Source: Methyloligella solikamskensis (GTDB taxonomy: Bacteria > Pseudomonadota > Alphaproteobacteria > Rhizobiales > Methyloligellaceae). From it: DNA of 32,000 nt. The DNA lies in contig NZ_JBHTJO010000001.1 of the NCBI RefSeq assembly GCF_042676065.1, forward strand, positions 2,626,124 to 2,658,123, given 5' to 3'. Shown in pieces: positions 25,365 to 32,000 of this stretch (positions are counted from its first letter, which is position 1; each line of letters starts with the position of its first letter). Position numbers and translations under genes: made by a program. Under the pieces are notes generated by a model that saw nothing but the letters and a program-made list of their open reading frames with translations, had not been told where the DNA came from and did not search any database.

Positions 25365-27782
25365 CTAGAAGTCCATGGATGCGCGCAGCCAATAGCTTCT
25401 CGGAGCGCCGTAGAAATTGAAAAGCATCGGCGACCCCAGGCGGGCGTAGTACTTCTCGTCGAACAGGTTGTTGACCGAGAAGGTCAGGTCGAGGTCGTTC
25501 TTGAAGGTGTAGCCGACCGACGTGTCGACAACGACATAGCCATCCTGCTCCAACCGGTATGGTCCGCCCGTCGGTCCGGGCATGGTGCCCTCGGTGAAGA
25601 ACGAGGACAGGTACCGGCCACCGGCGCCGACGTGGAAGTCCTGGAGCGTACCCTTCTGGAACCTGTACTCACCCCAGAGCTGGACGATATGCTTCGGCGT
25701 CCAGGTGCTGAACGTCGCGCCGTCCTGGCCGACCGCGCCCTGAATATATTGGGTGTGGGTATAGGTGTATCCGGCATAGAGATTCAGCCCGTCCATGGGA
25801 GAGCCCGAGATCTCGGTTTCGACGCCCTGGACTTCGACCTCGCCAACCGCGAGAGACGAGCCGGGGTTGAACGGGTCTGCAACCGCCCGGTTTTCATCTC
25901 GAATGTCGAAATGGGCGATCGAAGCGTTCAGCCGGTCATCGAAGAACGACGATTTCAAGCCGATCTCGTACTGATCTCCCACCCGGGGCTTCAGAGGCTG
26001 GTCTGCTGCCGTGAGTTCCGTCTGCGGCTGGAAGATCGACGTGTAGCTCGCATAGGCGGAGACGTTGTCGTTGAGATCGAAGATCACGCCGGCGTAAGGC
26101 GTGGTCTCGCCCTCGTAATCGAGATCGATGGTGTTGCCGAGACCCGACGGCAGAGCCGCGTTGGCGGTCGAGCTTTGATACCAGTCCACGCGGCCGCCGA
26201 GGATCACCATCAGAGGCTCGATCGGCTTGAGGCGAAGCTGGCCGTAGAGACCGGTCTGCTCCATGCTCTGATCCGTCCGGTCCTGCCAGTTGATCGGGGC
26301 CCGGACGACGTTTGAGACGTCCGGGTCAAAAACATTCACGATTCCGGCTGGCTGATTGATGAACTGGAGCTGGGAGCTCTTATACTTCCGGTAGTCGGAC
26401 CCGAGCAGCACGTTCTGCTCCAACCCGATGGCCTGGAAGGGCAGGCTCACATGGGCGTCGGCCGAGAAGGTTTCCTCGTTGAAGTTCCGAGCCAGCTGAC
26501 GTGTGTTCACATCGCCAGTGATCGGATCCACCGGGGTGACCGAATAGGCGTAGTCGAAGAAGACATCCGTATCGACCCAGCGCGCGCCGGCTTGGAAATA
26601 TCCGCCGCCGGCGAAGTCATGATGCACATCGAGGTGATAATCGTTCGTCGCATTATCGAACGTGTTCCAGGCTCCGCCGATGAAGGTCGAACGATCGACA
26701 TTCAAGAGCGTGCCGTCGGCATAGGCGGGTAAGCCGTTGAACGGCTGGATATCCCGATCCTGACGCCGGTAGGAGAATGACAGGGTGGTCCGATTTGTGA
26801 TGTCGGCTTCTATGATGCCGTACCCGACGAACGCCTCGTTCCCGTTGTTGTCGACCCACGTGTCATGATCCGTATAGGCGCCGACCGCCCGCGCCCGGAC
26901 CTTCCCGCTGGTGCCAATGGGCGTGGAGACATCGACTTCCCCACGGTAGTAGTCCCACGAACCGACCAGAGCGCTGGCGCTCATTGCGGGCACGTCGAAG
27001 GGGCGCTTACGTACCAAGTTGAGGATGCCGGCCGGCTCGCCGCTGCCAGAGAACATGCCCGCCGGCCCCTTGAGAACCTCGATACGGTCATAGGGGGCAA
27101 GGTCGGGAACGGTGCCGTAGACGCTGGCGAGCGGCGCAGGCAGACCATCGACATAGGCGTCCTGAAACTCGTAGCCACGAGAAAAGATGGAGGACCGGCC
27201 CTGGTCGTTGTTCAGCACCACCATGCCAGTGGTGTTGCGCATGGCGTCGTCGAGCGTGGTGAGGTTCTGGTCCTCCATGCGCTCTTGGGTGACGATGCTG
27301 AGGGACTGCGGAATATCTTTCACCGGCTGGGGATCGCGTCCCCCGTTCGTCGCGACCCCGACCGTATAGGTGTCACGCGTGGTGATCGGATAACCGGGAA
27401 TACCGTAGATGTCCTCGGAATCGATGATCTCGGCGTCGACCTCCTGGGGCGTCTCCACAGGAGCCGGCACCGCCGCAGGCGCCAGCGTGGGGCGCAGCGA
27501 GGGCCGAACCGGCGCGGGCCGCGGCTCAGCGCCTTCGACGACGATGGGGTCCAGGATCTGATTGGTGGAGGTCGCGTCGGACTCAACTTCCTGAACCGGC
27601 GCGGTCTCGGCCTCCCCGGCAGTTTCGGCACTCTCGCCGGGCTGTTGCCCCTCAGCATCTTGCGCACCAGTCTCTTGCGCCATCGCGCTCACCGGCAGAG
27701 CGGCGAGTGCTGTCGACATCATTAGAAGCGCAAAAAGCGATGTGCAGCGCTTACGCGCAGCGCGCCCCCTTACAAAACTCAT
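25365..27782 (-). CDS. TonB-dependent siderophore receptor
   Basis: 805 aa with a signal peptide (..LPVSAMA/QE) and a TonB-box-like ILDPIVVEG. Plug blocks are VKDIPQSLSIVTQERMEDQNLTTLDDAMRNTTGM and IEVLKGPAG. The barrel ends ...YWLRASMDF with a terminal Phe. Confidence 0.9.
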   Translation of the reverse strand: MSFVRGRAARKRCTSLFALLMMSTALAALPVSAMAQETGAQDAEGQQPGESAETAGEAETAPVQEVESDATSTNQILDPIVVEGAEPRPAPVRPSLRPTLAPAAVPAPVETPQEVDAEIIDSEDIYGIPGYPITTRDTYTVGVATNGGRDPQPVKDIPQSLSIVTQERMEDQNLTTLDDAMRNTTGMVVLNNDQGRSSIFSRGYEFQDAYVDGLPAPLASVYGTVPDLAPYDRIEVLKGPAGMFSGSGEPAGILNLVRKRPFDVPAMSASALVGSWDYYRGEVDVSTPIGTSGKVRARAVGAYTDHDTWVDNNGNEAFVGYGIIEADITNRTTLSFSYRRQDRDIQPFNGLPAYADGTLLNVDRSTFIGGAWNTFDNATNDYHLDVHHDFAGGGYFQAGARWVDTDVFFDYAYSVTPVDPITGDVNTRQLARNFNEETFSADAHVSLPFQAIGLEQNVLLGSDYRKYKSSQLQFINQPAGIVNVFDPDVSNVVRAPINWQDRTDQSMEQTGLYGQLRLKPIEPLMVILGGRVDWYQSSTANAALPSGLGNTIDLDYEGETTPYAGVIFDLNDNVSAYASYTSIFQPQTELTAADQPLKPRVGDQYEIGLKSSFFDDRLNASIAHFDIRDENRAVADPFNPGSSLAVGEVEVQGVETEISGSPMDGLNLYAGYTYTHTQYIQGAVGQDGATFSTWTPKHIVQLWGEYRFQKGTLQDFHVGAGGRYLSSFFTEGTMPGPTGGPYRLEQDGYVVVDTSVGYTFKNDLDLTFSVNNLFDEKYYARLGSPMLFNFYGAPRSYWLRASMDF

Positions 27783-27825
27783 TTTTGAATATCCCCCTGC
27801 GGTCCCAAAATTAATTGCGACGTTT

Positions 27826-27837
27826 AAAGTCGACTTT
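27826..27837. promoter_or_regulatory. Perfect 12-bp palindrome AAAGTCGACTTT in the receptor/araC divergent promoter region
   Basis: The sequence is exactly self-complementary. It lies 44-55 nt upstream of the receptor start codon (27782, minus strand) in an AT-rich stretch. Confidence 0.3.
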
Positions 27838-27936
27838 TAACCTAGGGTATCGGGAGACAGGCGCTCAATGTGCCGACCTTTCCCAAACGGGCAGAAATCT
27901 TTGTGCCAAATCCAAGTTGAACAGTTGAGAGAGGCT

Positions 27937-27956
27937 CTGTGGCCGATCAGCCACAG
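27937..27956. promoter_or_regulatory. Inverted repeat CTGTGGC-cgatca-GCCACAG
   Basis: Perfect 7-bp arms with a 6-nt spacer, and no adjacent T-tract. It sits mid-way in the 326-bp divergent intergenic region. Confidence 0.25.
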
Positions 27957-28051
27957 CGGTTTGATCGACTCACTGCTTTCATCATTGCCGCCAGGAGGCG
28001 GCGGCCATTAAGGCCTTGTGCGACAATAGGAAAGGCTTTTTCGCTCGAAAA

Positions 28052-28068
28052 ATGACTTTCATAGTCAT
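28052..28068. promoter_or_regulatory. Iron-box-like inverted repeat ATGACT-ttcat-AGTCAT containing TGA-N9-TCA (RirA IRO-type; also Fur-box-like)
   Basis: TGA at 28053-28055 and TCA at 28065-28067 are separated by exactly 9 nt. The arms are perfect 6-bp repeats with AT-rich flanks (aaaATGACTTTCATAGTCATaattt). The site lies 41-57 nt upstream of the AraC GTG. Confidence 0.45.
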
Positions 28069-28108
28069 AATTTGAGGCCATTGGGCCAACCGATGCGCGA
28101 GGGAGACA

Positions 28109-29098
28109 GTGGGGACAGACAACCCAGCATCAGCGATCCGGTACGCAGATCTCGAGGCGGCCTCAAAGCATGTCGGCTATGAGTTCAAGGTGGTCGGGCG
28201 AGACGACGGGCCCGACGTGCCGGCGTTGGAGGGCACCTTCCAGGCGCTGAAGCTACGCTCGGGTCTCTTCCTGCATGCCAGCGACGCCGTCGAGCTGCAG
28301 GATCTGACCACCCATGTGATTCACCAAGCCGGCCTAACAGTCTCTGTCTTTCTGGATGGCAGTGTGCGTGCGCGGCAATGCGGGGAGGATCATGTGATCG
28401 GCGTGCCCGAAGGCGGCGCGCCGCGCTGCTATCTCTTCAATCGCACCGAGCCGGATCTGTTCGTGCGGCGGTCGCGGACCGGCACGCGCGTTCGCAAGGT
28501 GAACGTCACCGTGTCACCGGAATGGATTGAAACGGCGATCGGTGATTTGCCCGCCAGGGCGTCGCTTTGCCATTTCATCAAGGACCACGGCGCGCGAGCG
28601 GAATGGCCGGCCCCGGCGCGGCTCGTGTCCCTTGCCGAGCAGGTTCTGAAGCCCGGCAAGCTCGATCCCGCGCTGCATCAACTCTATCTGGAGAGCCGAG
28701 CGATCGAGATTCTATTCGCCGCCCTTTCGGCACTCGGCGAGGAAGAGTCGGCGGCACCCAAGGCATCCTTGCGGGCGAGCGATCAGCGGCGGCTGCAGCG
28801 CGCCCTCGATTTGTTCGAAACCCGCGATGCGGAGAATATGAGCCTGCACGAGATCGCCAAGGAAGTCGGGGCGAGCATCAGCACCCTGCAGCGCCTGTTC
28901 CACACGGCCTACGGCACCTCGATCTTCGAGCACATCCGGGGGCGGCGGCTGAAGAAGGCCCGCGATGCCCTGGCGAATGACGGTGTCAGCGTGGCGGAAG
29001 CGGCGCAGCTCGCCGGCTATCGCAGCGCCGCCAATTTCGCGACCGCCTTCAAGCGCGCGTACAACGTCTCTCCAAGGAGCCTGCGCGCCAAAACTTGA
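28109..29098 (+). CDS. AraC/XylS-family transcriptional regulator (siderophore-responsive PchR/YbtA/RhrA-like arrangement)
   Basis: 329 aa, GTG start with a GAGGGAG SD. The C-terminal double HTH is MSLHEIAKEVGASISTLQRLFHTAYGTSIFEHIRGRRLKKARDAL...VAEAAQLAGYRSAANFATAFKRAYNVSP. It is divergent from the TonB-dependent receptor. Confidence 0.85.
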   Translation: MGTDNPASAIRYADLEAASKHVGYEFKVVGRDDGPDVPALEGTFQALKLRSGLFLHASDAVELQDLTTHVIHQAGLTVSVFLDGSVRARQCGEDHVIGVPEGGAPRCYLFNRTEPDLFVRRSRTGTRVRKVNVTVSPEWIETAIGDLPARASLCHFIKDHGARAEWPAPARLVSLAEQVLKPGKLDPALHQLYLESRAIEILFAALSALGEEESAAPKASLRASDQRRLQRALDLFETRDAENMSLHEIAKEVGASISTLQRLFHTAYGTSIFEHIRGRRLKKARDALANDGVSVAEAAQLAGYRSAANFATAFKRAYNVSPRSLRAKT

Positions 29099-29192
29099 CG
29101 GCCAACGGGGATCGCTGCTTCAAGCCTGACGGCGTAGCGCGCCCGTCCCCGCCGCATCTCACCTCGCAACCGACTTTCCGCAGGAGACCTCC

Positions 29193-30122
29193 ATGAGCAT
29201 TATCGCAAGGCATTTTCCAGCCGGTCTGCTCCTGGCCGTTTCCCTGCTGATCGGCTCGCTTTCCGTAGCCCACGCCGGCAAGATCACGGTGGAGCACGCG
29301 AAGGGCACGACGACCCTGCCGAACACACCCGAGACGGTGCTGGTGTTCGACGTGGCCTCCCTCGACACGCTGGATGCGATCGGGGTCGATGTGGCCGGTG
29401 TGGCGGGCGGCTTCTTTCCCGGGCACCTCTCGAAATATGCCGACGACAAATATGAGAAGATCGGATCGCTGTTCGAGCCCGACTACGAGGCGGTGAACGC
29501 GGCGGAGCCCGATCTCATCATCACCGGCGGACGCTCCACAGCGGCCTATGGCGATCTTTCCGGCATCGCGCCGACCATCGATCTCACAGTCGATCAGCAC
29601 GACTATCTCGCAAGCGCAGTCGCCCATGCGGAGACTCTCGGGAAGATCTTCGGCAAGGAGGACGCGGTGAAGGAAAAGATCGCGGCGCTGGAGACCTCTG
29701 TAGAGGCACTGAAGACAGACGCGAAAGGAGCCGGCGACGCCCTGATCGTGCTCACCACCGGCGGCCATATGAGCGCCTACGGACCCGGCTCCCGCTTCGG
29801 CATGATCCACGACGAGTTCGGCATCCTACCGGCGGTCGACGACCTTGATCCCGCGGTGCACGGCCAGGCCATCTCGTTCGAGTTCATCTCCAAGATCGAT
29901 CCGGAGTGGCTGTTCGTCATCGACCGGGATGCCGCCATCGAGCAATCCGGCCAGGCCGCCGCCAAGCTTCTGGACAACGAGCTGGTACGCCAGACCACGG
30001 CCTGGAAGAAAGGCCAGGTGGTCTATCTCGATCCGGTGAACTGGTACCTGATCGGCAGCGGGCTCACGGCGCTCCAGAACCAGGTGGATGAAGTCTCCGC
30101 CGCCCTGACCGAGACGCGTTAG
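29193..30122 (+). CDS. Siderophore ABC transporter periplasmic binding protein (FatB/YclQ-type)
   Basis: 309 aa with a signal peptide (..GSLSVAHA/GK). Blocks are PETVLVFDVASLDTLDAIGV, EPDYEAVNAAEPDLIITGGR and EWLFVIDRDAA. Confidence 0.8.
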   Translation: MSIIARHFPAGLLLAVSLLIGSLSVAHAGKITVEHAKGTTTLPNTPETVLVFDVASLDTLDAIGVDVAGVAGGFFPGHLSKYADDKYEKIGSLFEPDYEAVNAAEPDLIITGGRSTAAYGDLSGIAPTIDLTVDQHDYLASAVAHAETLGKIFGKEDAVKEKIAALETSVEALKTDAKGAGDALIVLTTGGHMSAYGPGSRFGMIHDEFGILPAVDDLDPAVHGQAISFEFISKIDPEWLFVIDRDAAIEQSGQAAAKLLDNELVRQTTAWKKGQVVYLDPVNWYLIGSGLTALQNQVDEVSAALTETR

Positions 30123-30134
30123 CCTCGCCTCCCG

Positions 30135-31094
30135 ATGCGCCTGCTCCTCGCCATCCTCGCCGTGTTCGGGCTCGCGATCCTGAGCCTGTTCGTCGGGGTG
30201 GAGGATCTTTCGTTGGCCGCGCTGGTCTCCGGCAAGGAAGACAGCCACGCGCTCCTCATCTTGTTGGCAAGCCGCATTCCCCGCACCATCGCGCTGGTGC
30301 TGGCGGGCATGTCCATGGCGGTCGCCGGCTACATCATGCAGATGCTGGCGCGGAACCGGTTCGTGGAGCCGTCGACGGCGGGCACGGTGGAGTCCGCCGG
30401 GCTTGGGATCCTGACCGTGATGATCATTGCGCCCGGCCTGCCGATCTTCGGCCGGATGATCGTCGCCACGCTCTTCGCCATCGCCGGGACGGCCTTGTTC
30501 CTGCGCATCATCCAGCAGATCCGAATCCGCTCGCCCTTCATCGTACCGCTGGTGGGTATCATGCTCGCCGGCATCATCAGCTCGCTGACGACGTTTCTCG
30601 CCTATCGCTTCGACCTGCTGCAGTCACTGGGCGCCTGGATGACCGGCGACTTCTCCACCGTCCTGCGCGGCCGCTACGAGCTTCTATGGATCTCGTTCGT
30701 GCTCACGGGCATCGCCTATTACGCGGCCGACCGCTTCACCGTGGCCGGCATGGGCGAAAACTTCACCACCAATCTCGGCATGAACTACGCCCGCGTCATG
30801 GCGCTCGGGCTCACCATCGTCTCCATGGTCACCGCCGTGGTGACGACCACCGTTGGCGTCATCCCCTTCGTCGGTCTGGTGGTGCCGAATATCGTGAGCC
30901 TCACCATGGGCGACAATGCACGGCGCTCCATTCCGTGGATCGGTCTGGTGGGCGCGCTGTTCGTGCTCTCCTGCGACATCATCGGGCGGATCGTCCGCTA
31001 TCCGTACGAGATCCCGGTCGGCACCATTCTCGGCGTGGTCGGCAGCGCCGTCTTCCTCTATCTGCTCTTGCGACGGGGGCGGTGCCTTGCCTGA
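30135..31094 (+). CDS. Iron-chelate ABC transporter permease (FecCD family; FatD/YclN-like)
   Basis: 319 aa, multi-TM. FecCD blocks are SRIPRTIALVLAGMSMAVAG, FVEPSTAG and GVIPFVGLVVPNIV. Confidence 0.85.
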   Translation: MRLLLAILAVFGLAILSLFVGVEDLSLAALVSGKEDSHALLILLASRIPRTIALVLAGMSMAVAGYIMQMLARNRFVEPSTAGTVESAGLGILTVMIIAPGLPIFGRMIVATLFAIAGTALFLRIIQQIRIRSPFIVPLVGIMLAGIISSLTTFLAYRFDLLQSLGAWMTGDFSTVLRGRYELLWISFVLTGIAYYAADRFTVAGMGENFTTNLGMNYARVMALGLTIVSMVTAVVTTTVGVIPFVGLVVPNIVSLTMGDNARRSIPWIGLVGALFVLSCDIIGRIVRYPYEIPVGTILGVVGSAVFLYLLLRRGRCLA

Positions 31095-32000
31095 ACCGCG
31101 CCGACGCTCTCCCCTCCTCGTGGTGCTTCTGCTGGCCGGACTCGCAGTCGCGTGCGGCATCGCCTTCATGACGGTGGGCGCCAAGGGAAGCTGGGACTTC
31201 ATCCTGCCCTTCCGCGGCACCAAGCTCGCCGGCATGGTGCTGGTCGGTTACTCGGTGGCGGTTTCCACGGTGCTGTTCCAGACCATCACCCAGAACCGCA
31301 TCCTCACCCCGTCGGTGATGGGCTTCGATGCGCTCTACGTACTGATCCAGACCTGCCTGGTCTACTTCGTGGGGGCTGCGGGGCTGGCGGGCATCGATCC
31401 GCGCCTCCTCTTCTTTGTCGAGGTCGCCATCATGGTGACCTTCGCCGTGGCCCTGTTCCGCTGGCTGTTCTCGGGCCCGGTGCGGAGCATCTATCTCCTG
31501 ATGCTGGTGGGGCTGGTGTTCGGGATCCTGTTCCGCAGTCTTTCGGCCTTCCTGCAACGAGTCATCGACCCCAACGAGTTCGTCGTGCTGCAGGGGCAGA
31601 TCTTCGCCAGCTTCAATTCCATCAACGAGCAGCTTTTGCTCGTGGCCACGGTCGCGGTGATCGCCGTCTCCATCGTCGGCTGGCGGCTGATGCATACATT
31701 CGATGTGCTGGCGCTCGGGCGCGAAACGGCGGTCAATCTCGGAGTGAACTATCAGCGGACGGTGACGGTCATGCTGATCCTGATCGCGATCCTCGTCTCG
31801 GTCTCCACGGCGCTGGTCGGCTCCACCGCGTTCCGCGGACCGGCCATGTTCTTCGGTCTGCTGGTCTCCAATCTCGCCTATCAGCTTGTGCCGACCCATC
31901 GCCATGTGTACTTGCTGCCGGCCGCCGCGCTGATCGCGATCATCTTCCTGGCCGGCGGGCAGACGGTGCTGGAGCAGGTCTTCGCGTTCGAGACTGCGCT
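31087..32000 (+). CDS. Second iron-chelate ABC permease (FecCD family; FatC/YclO-like), 3' end outside the window
   Basis: It is absent from the ORF track because it has no stop in the window. Read from TTG 31087 (8-nt overlap with the upstream gene), the frame is open to 32000. It reads MPEPRRRSPLLVVLLLAGLAVACGIAF...GTKLAGMVLVGYSVAVSTVLFQTITQNRILTPSVMGFDALY...FFGLLVSNLAY. Confidence 0.8.
   Translation, partial: MPEPRRRSPLLVVLLLAGLAVACGIAFMTVGAKGSWDFILPFRGTKLAGMVLVGYSVAVSTVLFQTITQNRILTPSVMGFDALYVLIQTCLVYFVGAAGLAGIDPRLLFFVEVAIMVTFAVALFRWLFSGPVRSIYLLMLVGLVFGILFRSLSAFLQRVIDPNEFVVLQGQIFASFNSINEQLLLVATVAVIAVSIVGWRLMHTFDVLALGRETAVNLGVNYQRTVTVMLILIAILVSVSTALVGSTAFRGPAMFFGLLVSNLAYQLVPTHRHVYLLPAAALIAIIFLAGGQTVLEQVFAFETA

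Noticed and set aside
29172-29178. GACTTTC heptamer shared by the ABC-operon leader, the iron-box palindrome (28054-28060) and, as GACTTT, the 12-bp palindrome (27832-27837), as a common regulator half-site
   Set aside because: A 6-7-mer recurring three times is within chance expectation for 32 kb on both strands. The 29172 copy sits 15 nt from the start codon, next to the SD. I keep it only as a remark.
31822-31839. Possible 6-residue insertion or duplication (STAFRG) in the conserved VG...F.GL loop of the second permease
   Set aside because: The idea rests only on my memory of the motif in paralogs, and DNA self-similarity of the two 18-nt units is only about 10 of 18. It cannot be judged without a real alignment.

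Overview
High-GC, densely coding chromosomal segment that looks alphaproteobacterial, judging from the protein families, a TGA-N9-TCA iron-box-like site and a strong GC3 bias that creates many long antisense shadow ORFs. This taxonomic impression is not a database result. I call 31 protein-coding genes, 2 of them cut by the window edges. By eye I saw no rRNA, tRNA, CRISPR array, IS element or integrase. Left to right the window contains: the tail of a HlyD-type T1SS adaptor; an acyl-CoA ligase; two tandem GlsB/YeaQ small membrane proteins; a membrane-anchored EEP phosphoesterase; a Crp/Fnr regulator divergent from a secreted HAD hydrolase plus Cys-type sulfatase pair; an Rv2258c-like methyltransferase; a complete, translationally coupled ptxABCDE phosphite-uptake/oxidation operon with a Pho-box-like direct repeat upstream; a flavin reductase; a tiny Met-rich secreted protein; an overlapping pair of membrane-anchored phosphodiester glycosidase and GH25 muramidase; an orphan PrnA-like flavin-dependent halogenase downstream of an SH3b-domain membrane protein; an OprB porin with a perfect 17-bp palindrome over its putative -35; a stand-alone CHAD protein plus a CaCA antiporter; gluQ; and a siderophore-uptake locus without biosynthesis genes, made of a TonB-dependent receptor, periplasmic esterase and DUF2218 operon, a divergent AraC regulator, and a FatB/YclQ-type ABC importer. 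I did not find an unequivocal new system. The best candidates for follow-up are the halogenase/SH3b/porin and phosphodiester-glycosidase/GH25 envelope block, the structured 450-bp gene-free region at 18843-19293, the Met-rich peptide, and the operator-like palindromes. All family calls come from motif recognition by eye and need HMM/BLAST confirmation.
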